Source of the DNA: Peribolospora baueri
Taxonomy: Eukaryota
Direction of reading: 5' to 3'
Assembly: GCA_029717555.1 (NCBI GenBank)
Contig: JAMDHS010000006.1
Span: forward strand, 186,001 to 250,000
DNA: 64,000 bases
The position numbers and the translations under genes were made by a program. Below, in pieces: positions 12,536-25,332 of the stretch. Positions within the stretch are counted from its first letter, which is position 1; every line of letters begins with the position of its first letter. The notes under the pieces were generated by a model. That model was not told the DNA's origin. It worked only from the letters and a program-made list of their open reading frames with translations, and did not search any database.

Positions 12536-15298
12536 TTAGTCGGTAGCCGCGACGAAACCGACCCTGTTCTGGGTGAAGTCGAAGCCTGACGGAGCACAAA
12601 CAGCAAAAGATCGATGAGCGTTGAGCGGTTGCGGACGCAGGCCAGAGGAGGAGGCGGTCAAGTCAATCTGCAGCGGCGCGAGTCACTCACCGGCGTAGAC
12701 GTCTGGGAAAGAAAGGCAAGTGTGATGAAAGCCGAGAGTAAAAGCGAACCGTGCGTGTCAATACGTATACACAGGGGGCGAAAAATCTCCGATGAAAGTG
12801 TGCTACAAGCCCTTCCTGCCCCGCGCAGAAAACTGTAGTATTTTGACCAGGAGGCACGCTTCAAGCATCTCTCCTTCCACTCACTCTGAAGGAAAACGTC
12901 ACCGACGATCCAAGAGTTCGCACCGACGCCGACTTCGGCGCCGAACAGGCCCGAGACGCATTGGTTGCTGCCGAAGAGGTTTCCAAGCAAGACTTGGTCG
13001 GCGGAACCGAGGTTGAAGGCGGTGTTGGAGATGGGGAATTCCTTGCCGCCGAAGTTGAAGGAGAAGCCAGGGTCCGCGTCACAGGGGCTATTTGTTGCGG
13101 GGATAAAAGGGGAGAAGGCGTCAATAGGGAAGAAGGAAGAACGAAGAAGCGCTGAAACTTTCTCCGCAATCCATATCTACTCACAAAAGGCAGAGGATCT
13201 CCGGGCTGGTGCTGACTTGGGTGTAAGGCGTGAAGCCGAGAGCGAGGCAGGTCTCTACGGCGGAAATGGGAGGCGCGAGGACGACGGTGGTACCGGTGTC
13301 GATGATGGCGCTGATCGCCGGCTGGGAAGTGCCCTTGGCCACGGGAGCTGCTCGGACGCATCACCAGAGAGGGAGGGCAAATCAAATCAATATGCTCCGA
13401 AGCGCTCGAGCGAGCACGAGAGGAAAAGAAGGGGCGTTGACGAGCCCGGGCTCACTGCCAGAGACGGTCCAGTAGGCCTGATCGGTCACGGGCGTGTAGG
13501 TGAGCGAGCCGTACTTGCCGTTGATAAAGCCGAGGTCCATCGCGGCATTGCCGTCGCGGGCGAGACGGAAGCCGAACTTGCACGAGTCTGGGTATCCAGG
13601 CAGCGGGCGGAATGGTAAAGGGAAACGGCAGCGACGGGCAGAGATGAGAAGGAGGACGAGGCTAGCGCGCTTTTTTTTTCACTCCCACTCTGGGGCTCAC
13701 CGACGACGCCCTCGTTGCAGAGGTTGTTGAAGAAGGGGGGCGCGTTAATGGTAGAGATGCTGGGGTAAGCCATACCAGCTGGGGACGACCGGATTAGGGA
13801 AGCAAGCCGAAAGGGCGTTCCGTCAGCTTGGGGCGGTCTGAGTGGCGACGACCTCTGGACCGAGGTGGTTGGCCAAACGAGCTGAACTCACCGATGCCGT
13901 CAGCGACACCATCGAGGGTGCTCGACTCGGTCGTGGCGTCGCCAACGCTCGTGTTCTTGCCCATCAAACCGCCAACTTCGATCGTGTCAAAGTAGACGGG
14001 GCCCGAGGCGCTGTGCATTCGAAGACAGGCAGGAGAGGAACAAAAGGCCGTCAGCCGGATGGCCCATGCTGATCCTTACAGGCCGTGAGAGCGGAACGGC
14101 GCGAGGCGTTCAAAACAAGAAACGGGAGAAAAACAAACGCTCACGTCGAACCGTCGCCGTACGAGATGGAGAAATTCTGCTCGCCGAAGGAAAGCCGATA
14201 AACATGCCGAGATAAGCTGGCGAACCAATCTGTGAGGTAGATCGCTTCCATGTTGAAATAAAATTTGTGAGCCTTCGCGTGCCGCTCACCGCGTTCGACT
14301 TGACGGCGGAGGACGACTTGGTGGGCTGGTACTTGGAGCCATCGATCTATGAAGAATGGCAAGTGTGCATTAAGACGACATTGAGTGACAGAGAGAGGAA
14401 GAACGAATGTCAGGAGAGCGAAATCGCTGGAAGGGAATGTGGAACAAATCGCAACTCACGTAGAGGTTCGAGCTACCAGTGTCAAAGTCAAGAGTAAAGC
14501 TGGAGAGAAGGGAAAGGTGCGGCCGAGGGAAATGAGTACGGGTTAGTGGAGAGATTGATTTTGAAAGCTATCGTTCGGACGGGCACGCTCACGTTTGGGC
14601 CGGGGTACCGACGGACATGGAGCCCGTCCAGAGGGACTGTGCAGGCGCGCGGAAAGTGGTAAAGCGGAATTAGAGAGGAAAAAAGTGGGGTCAGGTCCAA
14701 TCCCAGGAGTCCTCAAACTGAAGCCGGACAAGGACGAAGGAGATTTCGCGCGCTGGACGCTGGTCAACGCATGGATGACGACTGGGGCGGTCATGTATGT
14801 ATGTGGTCCGTGCGGCGCGACGTGATCGGCGTGCGAAGTCCGTATGTAGGCGCAAGAACCTCCATCCTTATCGCAGCCCCAGCTCCTGGCATGTTCGCCG
14901 CGCTGGACCGCTCTCAGGAGGCTCACCTGGTTCAACTTGTCCGCCAGGGTCACACTCCCAGTGGACCTCTTGAGGACGGGCAGCTTGTCCAGCATCTCCC
15001 TCTCGGCCACGCTCGCGTCCCTCTTGCCCGACCCGCCGTTGGGCAGGAGGGCGGTGTGTCCGGCGGCCTTGTAAGCCTTCAGGGTGGCAGCGTACCTGTT
15101 CTTCACGCGGTTGATCTCCGAGCTGATGGCCTCGCTCGTCACGTTGAGCGTGGGCGCAGAGGAGAGGAGGCCGCCGTTACGCGACAGAGGGATGCTCAGG
15201 CCGCGACGACCGGCGGGCTTCTCGCCCGGAGGGGCTGCGCAGACAAGCGAGGTAGATGCCAAGAGGGCGAGGACGAAGGAGGGCGTGAGGGACATCAT
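12536..15298 (-). CDS. Secreted pepsin-like (A1) aspartic protease, about 12 exons
   Basis: Signal peptide and a propeptide with KR sites. Catalytic motifs FDTGSS (exon near 14460-14500) and IIDTGTT (near 13290), flap ISYGDGS, WIVGDVFLQNVYAGFDFTQNRVGF*. Confidence 0.92.
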
Positions 15299-15588
15299 AG
15301 CTGCTGCGTGCGATCTACCGTTGAGAGAAGGAAGGGACGAGGGTTGGGGGATAGGAGGAAGGGACGGTGGGGGAAAAGGGAGGGAATGAGGGGAGGGGAG
15401 AAGACGTGTACAGAGAGAGGACGAGAGGAAGTGACGGCTTCAGAGAGGGCGAAAGAGATGAAGTTTGGTCGGGTGGAGCACCTGTTGGAGCAGGGAGAGA
15501 ACATGACGTGGACTACACTCGTCCTATAAACTCCGGGAGAGGAAGCCAGTGAGGTCAACCATGGCGGCGGCGACGAGGATGAGCAAGT

Positions 15589-17157
15589 CTTGGCACATAG
15601 AAGCGCCCCGTGGTCGGTGCGGATTGGAGGGGGTGAAGGATGCAGGTGCGCGGCGACCGCCGTTTAGCGTGAATGTCGGAGGTGTGAGTTTAGTAAAGAA
15701 AGTTGCATGGTCCTGTCTGTCTCCTACGTTACCGTAACGGTAGTTGAGTGGGTCTGCCTGCGCTGCAGATGTGCCGGCTCTAGACGCTAGACGGGACGGT
15801 CTTGTTTCGCTATGAAGACTATCGGCAAGATAGCTCAAAATATGGTCCGGGGGCGTATGGTTTGAACCGCCTGGGCGAGCCGTCAACGGCGTTCTTTCCA
15901 TCTCTCAGAATGCTGCTGAGGTTGCGCCGCGCCTAGGATGGCCCCGATACGCACGTAGGATGGGCGCAGGCAGAGGCTCCGATCTGCAGTAGTGGGTAAG
16001 TGAGTAGCAGAATGTGCCAAGCGCAGCCAGCTTCTCAGGGAGCGGCGCATGTCCATGCCGAGGTGGGAAGGAAAGGTGAGCAGCTATGAACGCGGAAGGA
16101 CTACGAGCCGGGTGTAAGCAGGCAGAGAGCTAGCAAGCTTAGCATCCGACTGCAGCGCCCTTCTGCCGCCCGAGCTCTTTGAGTCCGTCCACAGTGCCCG
16201 TGGAAAGGTCGGCTTCGGAGCGACTGTGGGGAAAGGCGTCGCACATACGCGACAGTACGCGAGGGCTGCCATTGACATCGGCAAGCGGTCCCCGTCGATC
16301 AGCTCCAGCTGAGTGCGAAAGAGAAAGAAAACGACGGTCCCATCGGGTCATCGTTATCAGCGCGTCGCGACCTGCAAGCACACGCAAGATCGGATGTACG
16401 GTCACTGATAGTTGGTGAGCCGAGACTCGCACACAGCCGCCGGTTCCTTTGCTTGTTGCCTTCACGCCGCTCCGCTCCGTAAGCGAGCGGAAGGGGTACC
16501 ATGTGTGTGTGTGCGCGTGTGTGTGTGTATGTGTGCGAGTTGACAGAGATCGATTTGCATCCATGCCCTCATGCGGTTCTTCCAGTATCCATCCGTCTTG
16601 CCGGCGCCCAAGGACGGACTGCTTCTTTGGCTGACGTACACTAGCTACGGACATGCGCGACAAAGAACGTCCAAAAGCGTCGAGGAAACGATCGCAGGGG
16701 AGCATCCGAGTTCTCGGGATCCTGTTTCGTCAGAGAATAATGGAATGGACGGAGATAGCTGAGGACGTCCCAGTGCATCTTGGCAAAGTCAGTCGAGCAG
16801 ATGATGCCGTCGTTTATTTCAAGCGTCACATCTCGTCGAGACGCGCTGCCATCCACGGCTGGGCCCGCTTGGCCTGCCGACCGACTTGGCGCTTTCACTA
16901 GTCCTGCCTTACGAACATGAATATGTATATGCAAGCAGGACACCGGTCCCTATACCTACAGCATGTACAGGAGGTCGCCCATGCCAAGGAGGGCGCGTCA
17001 GCTTCAGGTGAAACAGGCAGTCCTGCGCAAAGCGCCGCCAAATGTGGGGACCAGGGACGCTAAGCCGGTGGAAGGAAACCAAATCAGTTGTAGGCCGCCG
17101 CCCGAGGATGAATGGCATTTCACGTTCTTCGACCCGTCAACCAGAGTCCCCGCCAAG
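15589..17157. promoter_or_regulatory. Cluster of 7 PacC/Rim101-type GCCAAG sites upstream of the aspartic protease
   Basis: GCCAAG or CTTGGC starts at 15589, 16016, 16779, 16868, 16885, 16983 and 17152. Four of these are TGCCAAG. Confidence 0.55.
16502..16535. repeat. Interrupted (TG)n microsatellite
   Basis: tgtgtgtgtgtgcgcgtgtgtgtgtgtatgtgtg. Confidence 0.9.
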
Positions 17158-18335
17158 CTAAACAGAGCTATTCTCGCTCTGGCTAATAAGACTTGGAGAA
17201 CAGTCACCTAGCAGAAGACGTCAAATTGAGAAGCGGTCGGCCAAATGAGGCAGTGTCGTGGGTCGACGGCTTTCACAACATTAGCTGGCTTGCTCCGAGA
17301 GAGGACGAGTTGCGGGGTACAACACAAGGTAGTCCAACGGCGGACTGGCTCTGATTAAAGGACCTGCGTTGGCCAACTATGTACCAGCTAGCGCTCGAGA
17401 GCTTGCAGCCCGCGCGCGCGACTATGTACAGAAAGAAAGCCAAAGACGATTCTTGTGCGCTATCGCAGGCCGAGACGACCTATGACCGACTTGGTCAGTT
17501 TCCCACACGGATACTGAAAGGAGCGGCGTACGGTGAAACAGCCAGTTTTTTTTCACCGACGGCCGACCTCCTTGGAAGCTTCTTCATTAAGAGGTGTGCG
17601 AGAACAAAACCGAAGGTGGTTCAACAGGGCAAGAAAGCTGAACGCCACCGGGACCTGGTCTACAGGCCGGTGTTTGGTCAGTTTGGGGGGGGCTTGTGAG
17701 CAATGGGACGTCCAGAAAGGCATCGGCTGTGGTCGAAGCTCGAGCGCAGGTCGCTGAGCGTCACTGAGTCCATGAGTCGCTTCATGAGTGAGCTGGTGCC
17801 CGCCGAGCAACAGGCCTTTGGATCACAGTAGCAGCAAGAGCAGCAGCAGCGGCCTCCTCATCCCGCCCAACCCCTGAAAGCGGCCCATCCATCGCTCTGC
17901 AGTAAAGTAAACTGGACAGGGATATCTCAGGCCTGTCCGTGTAGAGCCATGGCGCTCCTAGCGCAATGTGTGCCCCAACGTTGAATGCTTCGGGGCCGAG
18001 ATCGACTTGCGCGTGGGTCAAGGAACTGATCGCGTTCGCCAGGGGCGAAACACGGAGTAGGGTTATCGCGGCGACTGCGGCGTCCGATCAGAGAACGACC
18101 GTCGACGTTTGAATCGGTGGACGGCCGAAGATTGCAAGATTTTAATTTGATTTCAGATCCGGCGTCCAACGCTCTTTCTTCTTCCCACCGACACATTTTC
18201 CAGACGACGTCAAACGACGAAGAGGACGGCGGCGGCGGCGACGAAGATTGTTACTTATCCTTCCTCTCGGCCGCCCAGCAAACGTCTTTTGGCCAGAAGT
18301 GCCCGCTGCTTGCCCGATCTTCAAACGAGCCGGCA

Positions 18336-20309
18336 ATGGCCTCCTCGTCTCGCCAGACCTTCGACTCGCTCTCTCAGGCTGGGCCTTTCGACACAGACGC
18401 CTTCGCCCGTCCGTTCGACCTGCCGCCGAGCGGCCCTTCCTCCCCTCTTCGCAGCGCCGCGGCGACCCTGGGTCACGCCTCCGCCTCGTCCCCTTCGGCT
18501 TTCTCCGTTGCCCAACCCACGACTTTCTTGCCACAGGCACAAGCTGGCGAGCCATCCTCCCCTATCTCGGGAGGCCAGTTCCACGCGATCACCGACGCCG
18601 ATCCCCCGCTGGAGCCAGTGTCGGAACCCAAGCTTACACCATCGACCACCCTTCATGGCTTCCTCGAGCAGTTCTGGACCTACAACACGTACCAGGCCGA
18701 GCATGAGGCAACGGATTTCAAGCACGGGCAGCAGTTGCCTTTGGCGAGGATCAAGAAGGTCATGAAAAGCGATGGCGAGGTCAAGGTGCGCGATTCTTTT
18801 TCCGCTTCGATCGTGTCCGCTTCTCCAACCTCGTTCCCTTTGTCTCCCTTTCCTTCCTCTGCCTGCCTTCCTTTCACCGCATCTCGCAGATGATCTCCGC
18901 AGAGGCACCGATCCTCTTCGCCAGAGCATGCGAGAGTGAGTCATACGCCCAATATCCCTTTGTCTTCATCCCTATCCCGCTATCCCGCTTTTTTGTTTGC
19001 CTCACACGTCCCTTTCCCTCGCTCAGTCTTCATCCGCGAACTAACTTCAAGGGCCTACCTGCTAGCCGAGTCGCACAAACGACGCACCATCCAGCGGTCC
19101 GACGTTGCGCAGGCGGTTGGAGGCTCGGACATGTTTGACTTCCTCATCGATCTCATCCCGCGCGAGGAATCTCGGCCCGGAGGAGGTAGGAGGGCAGCAG
19201 TGACGGATTCGAGGGGCTATTATGCCGATGGTGCTGCGAAGGGCGGTGGTGGAGTGCCCAATGGTCGTGTTACAAGGTACGATCCGACAGGAGGCGAAGT
19301 TCAGCCCTCTGGGAGCAAACGGAAAGGCAAAGGTCGAGCAACGGGCGGATCGGTCAGCAGTGGTAGCGCCAGTCGCGGAAGCAGCGAGGGCCGGGCAGCG
19401 GAGAAAAGCAGGGTGGGAGCGCCCTTGCAGGATCGCTTCGGCGCAGGGCAGAATGACATGGGCGCTTTGGCCGGATACGCCGACTTCACTGGCGCCCCGG
19501 CCGGGGCTGGACCGGGGGGGCAGCTGGACTCTTCCGGCCCGAGAGCATTCGACGCCTTCGCGAACGAGTTGCACCAACGAAACTCTAGCGTTGACTCCAG
19601 CGTCTCCGGGCACCTTCCACCGTCGGCAATGACCCTCGACCCTAACGTTCCTTCTCTCCATCGGCATGGCCACCCGCCGCGGCCGCCGGCGAGTTTCTGT
19701 CCGCCCGGCGACCCGAGCTTCCCACATCGTCTCGACCGCATGGCGGCCGAAGATCTGACGGAGCGATTGGCGCAGGCGGGCGAGCCTTCTCCCTTCTACG
19801 GGGCAGGCGAGCGGGGAAGCGCCGGCGGGGCTCCCTCGTCCGGGTATGCCGCTTCGAGGACCGGCAGCGGAGGGGGGGGAGGGAGCGGACCAGGGTCCAT
19901 CTCCGACGCCGGCTCGTTCTACGGCAGTTCCGTCTCCGCCGGTCATGGATCCGGACCTGCCCCCGCTGGGCCGGGAGGGCCTCCGACGGACGCAGAAGCG
20001 GCAGCAATGGTGTACTTCTCGAGCGGGCAAGACCCGTCGGCGTACGGCGGCGACGTGGAGGGGATTGGCGACCTGGGCGAGCTTGGCATGGGCATGCACG
20101 ACGGGCTGAGCTGGGAGCAGTATACACATCAACCCACCACCTCGTCCATCGTCAGCGGAGGGACAGGCGCGGCGACGGCAGACTCAGCGGCCCAGTTCTT
20201 CCACCATCCTGAGGTGGGAGGGCAGGTGCCACATCATCGTCATCACATGAGCTCGGCGCACGATGATCCTCTCACCGGAGGGGCAGTGGAGGGAGGTGCA
20301 GGGCCGTGA
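18336..20309 (+). CDS. HAP5: CCAAT-binding factor subunit C (NF-YC/Hap5/HapE-like) histone-fold protein, 3 exons
   Basis: [79 protein letters not shown]. It may be a paralog rather than the main ortholog. Confidence 0.8.
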
Positions 20310-21555
20310 GATCGCCAATCGCCGGTCCTCGTTTCCAGTCGTTGCCCCGAAGAGGAGAGGAAGGAAGGAAACAGAAAATGAGAGGGCAAAGGGAGATCGA
20401 AGCCGCTGGACGGACGCTCGTCCTCGCTTTTCCGTCCGTCCGTCCGTCGATTTGGCCTTCGGAGATAGAGGTGGAAAGGACGGGGACGAGGTAGAAGCAT
20501 ACTTCCTATTGCGGGGTGCCGGTCCGTGTGTTCCGCGTCGAGATACAGGACATACACCTCGATATGAATTCTGTCCATGGATGCACGCAGGGCTTGTACT
20601 TTGCGGGGCGGCGGAGAAACCCGACCAGCAAGCGGCGGCGCAGCAAGTGGTCAACAGCCACGCCAGCAACGTGAACACGAACGTGGGCCACCTCGCGGGT
20701 ATTCGTATGTCGAATAACGACAAGCAACCCCACGTCATGGGTTGGGCCAGGACCGACAAGGGCTCGCTGCTTTCACAGACGATAGACGAGGGGATGTTCC
20801 CTAAGCACTCGTGTACCTCGCCCCAGGCCAGACGAGGACGGACGCTAGCGGCGGAAAGACGTGGACCGAGGGCACGCACGTACGGCTGGCCACGTCGTCC
20901 CGAGCGATTGGTCTTTGGCGAAATGCTATTTCCTAAGTTGATGCGTGACCCCTCCCTCCGCCTTCTTTGTTTATGCGGTTGGACGATCGGGCGACGCTCG
21001 CGTTGTATTTCGATAGAGACGTTGACTTGTGCAAACTGCAACAAAGGAAAAAGTGCGAAGGGACGGGCACTGAAGCCGTACCAGAATTGCCATCAAGTGT
21101 CCTACGTATGAGTGGGTGGCAGGGACGTCGGTCCATCCCTCCCGCCTTCTCTTCAACGCATTCGAGTAGGGCATGGGCGTCTTTCCTCTCTTCCTGCTCT
21201 CTATGCACGCACTCCGGAACACGCCGCCGCCGTTCAGACAGGACATGTAATTCGTAGCCGAAATTGGCGCGCTTCGCTCGCTCCCTCATCTGCCCTCGCT
21301 CTCTTTCCTTCCTTCGCTGGAGGAAGCGTCGGATCGAGCGGAGAAACCGGCTCGCCTGACGGAAGAGAACAAGATCGGGTAAAAAAAGTCCTAGAATCGG
21401 ATCAACCGCCGAAACGTCGCGGGGTGTATAAAGGCTCGAGGACGCCGGTGGTAATAATCATACAAGCCAAACCAAGAAACCCCTTTTTCCTCCTTTCACC
21501 ATGCGAACCCGGCCTAGAGATGCTTCGGCTCTCGCCTTGAACGGCCGGCGTCGAG

Positions 21556-22936
<1,381 letters not shown>

Positions 22937-23069
22937 TCATCGGTCCTACCAGTGGACATGGTCGAGGAGCTCTAGCGAAGGGACGATAGGGTTCGTCTCT
23001 GAGAACAGGAATCATCCAGTAGTACACTTATAAAGTACAAAGAAGGGATGTCCGAAACACTCGCGAACA

Positions 23070-25142
23070 TCACCCCTCCCCCGCCTCCGCCTCCGCCTTC
23101 GCTTCCGCCTCCGCCTCCTTATCCGCCCTCACGAAATCGCGCAACCTGGAAACGACTTTGACGACGTTTTGCCTATACTTTGCTGAAGCGGGTATGACCT
23201 CTAGTGGCGAAATGGGCGGTTCATCGCCGTTCCGCATCGCCAGCTCCACGTCTGCGTCGTACATCTCTTGGACGTACGCTTCGAGCCTCGCGAGCTTCTC
23301 TCGCGCCTCGGCTCTCTTCCGTCTTCGCGTTCCTTCCCTTCCCTCGGCCAGATTTGTCGAAGTAGGAGGGTCAAGAAGGTCGGCCTTGTTCGCCACCACA
23401 ATGCGCGCCTTGGCGCTAAGACCGACTTGGTACTCCTCGAGCTCGTTCCGCAGAGTCCGGAGAGCCTCCCATGGTTCCGGTTCGGAAAAGTCGAGCACGT
23501 AGACGAGCACTCTACATCGCTCAATGTGGCGGAGAAAGGCATGGCCCAACCCAATATTTTGAGAGGCTTGAGGAAGCAGACCCGGGTTGTCGGAGATGGT
23601 GAGACGGAAGAAAGAGTTGTCCGGCTGGTCTGATCGTTGTCTCCGAAGGGAAGAGGAAGAGAAGATCCCCGCGTTCTCTTGCTCCTTCAAAATTTGCTCC
23701 TCCTCCCGCGTTTCCAAAATGGGCTCCTTCCCTGTCGCGCCCAGACTGCCGTCCTCGCCTACCTCTACCAGGCCCACTTGAGGATTGAGTGTGGTGAAAG
23801 CGTATCCAGCCACCTCGGCACGGACGTTGCTGACGCTCCTCAACAAAGTGGTTTTGCCCACGTTGGGGAAACCAACAAGGCCGACGTCCGCCAGACTCTT
23901 GAGCTCGAGTTTGAGGCGCAAAAGTGTTCCCGGCTGGCCTCGAGTGGCGTACTTGGGTGTGCGAGCGTTGGCGGCGACGAAGAACGGATTACCGAGCCCG
24001 CCTTGGCCGCCTGTCGCAAGAAGGATGGGAGAATCGATGGGTGTGGGCACGGACAAGTCCATATCGACCACTGGCGTGGCTTGGTGCAACGCGGCCCTCT
24101 TGGCCGCATGTCGACGCTCGCGCAGGAGGGCCATCTCAGCCGCCTTGAATGCCTCGGACTCTTCGTTCTCCTCTTCGAAGCGCGGGTAGTGCACCCAAAG
24201 CTTGTCCCTCCGTCTTCGCGCCGCTTCTTCATCCCCACGCAACAGGGCCTGCTCGTCCATCTCCTCTTCGTCCACCTCCCCTGCACTCCACTCATCTATC
24301 TGCAATCGTCCTCCATCGCGCTCCACCTCCTTCACTACCGTCCCAACAGGCACGCGCAGTATCAAATCCTCCCCTTTCCGTCCGTGCATCCACGTCCCTC
24401 TCCCGCTCCCACCCGCTGGGGCAGACACCTTGCGCGAAATGCCCGACAGTGAGGTTACGTTGGGGTCCGCGACGATGTACACCGAACCTCCTAGCCCGCC
24501 ATTGCCCCCGGACGGTGGACCGCGGGGCACAAACTTTTCCCGATGGAAAGCAACGCAGCCGTCACCGCCTTTTCCACCCTTAACTGTGACAGTGAGCTCG
24601 TCGACGAAGTTCGATCCCTATAGAACGATCAAGGGACAACACCGGAGTGACGAGATAAAAGGGTCAGCCGCTGACGTGAATGTGTCAAAGACAAGGCAAA
24701 CTGAAGGAGAACACGGTTGGCACCGCCGGCGCCCAAACCACAGAGCACATTTCTCGTCCTGCGGCGTCCTTCTACCCACCCTCTGTCGCCTCTTCCAGTC
24801 CGCCTTCCTCCGTCTCCTCGCAAGTTCAGCGGCGAGCCTCGGATCGAGCGGCGCGGCGTCCTGGGCCGGCGACAAGCCCACCTCTGAAGTTCTAGCCAGG
24901 GCAAAAGAGGAGAAGGCCGCCACAGTCCCTGGCTCCGACGCTCCCCGTCTTCGACGAGTCTTGGGCGCTCGAATCCCGTTCGTGCTGCCGCCGAGGAGGT
25001 CAGGAAAGGTGTTGATGTGACAGATCTCGCATGACAAACTCTTCGTCGTTTTCCTGCGCACACAAGCGCTTGTGGTGAGAGGGTAGGAGAAAAGGTTGGA
25101 GGTCCTTCGGGAAGAGGAGGTAAAGAAGAGGGAGCGGAGCAT
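23070..25142 (-). CDS. MTG2: Mitochondrial Obg-family GTPase (Mtg2/GTPBP5)
   Basis: Gly-rich Obg fold (GGKGGDGCVAFHREKFVPRGPPSGGNGGLGG), ADVGLVGFPNVGKTT, GYAFTTLNP, DNPGL, GLGHAFLRHIER, ANKAD. The N-terminus resembles a mitochondrial presequence. Confidence 0.92.
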
Positions 25143-25332
25143 GTTTGCCCCTCTTTGGTGAGTGCGTAGAGATCAGAGAAGCAACAAGGAGTGATCGGCG
25201 GAAAGATTTCGATCTTCTCGCTGCGGCTGCTGTCGCGGTGGACTGTTTAGTCGCTCATCTGGACAGCAGCAGTCTGACGACTTCGACCAACCAGATCCAG
25301 TCAGCAGGAAGATAGACCGCCGCCTCTCTGCC

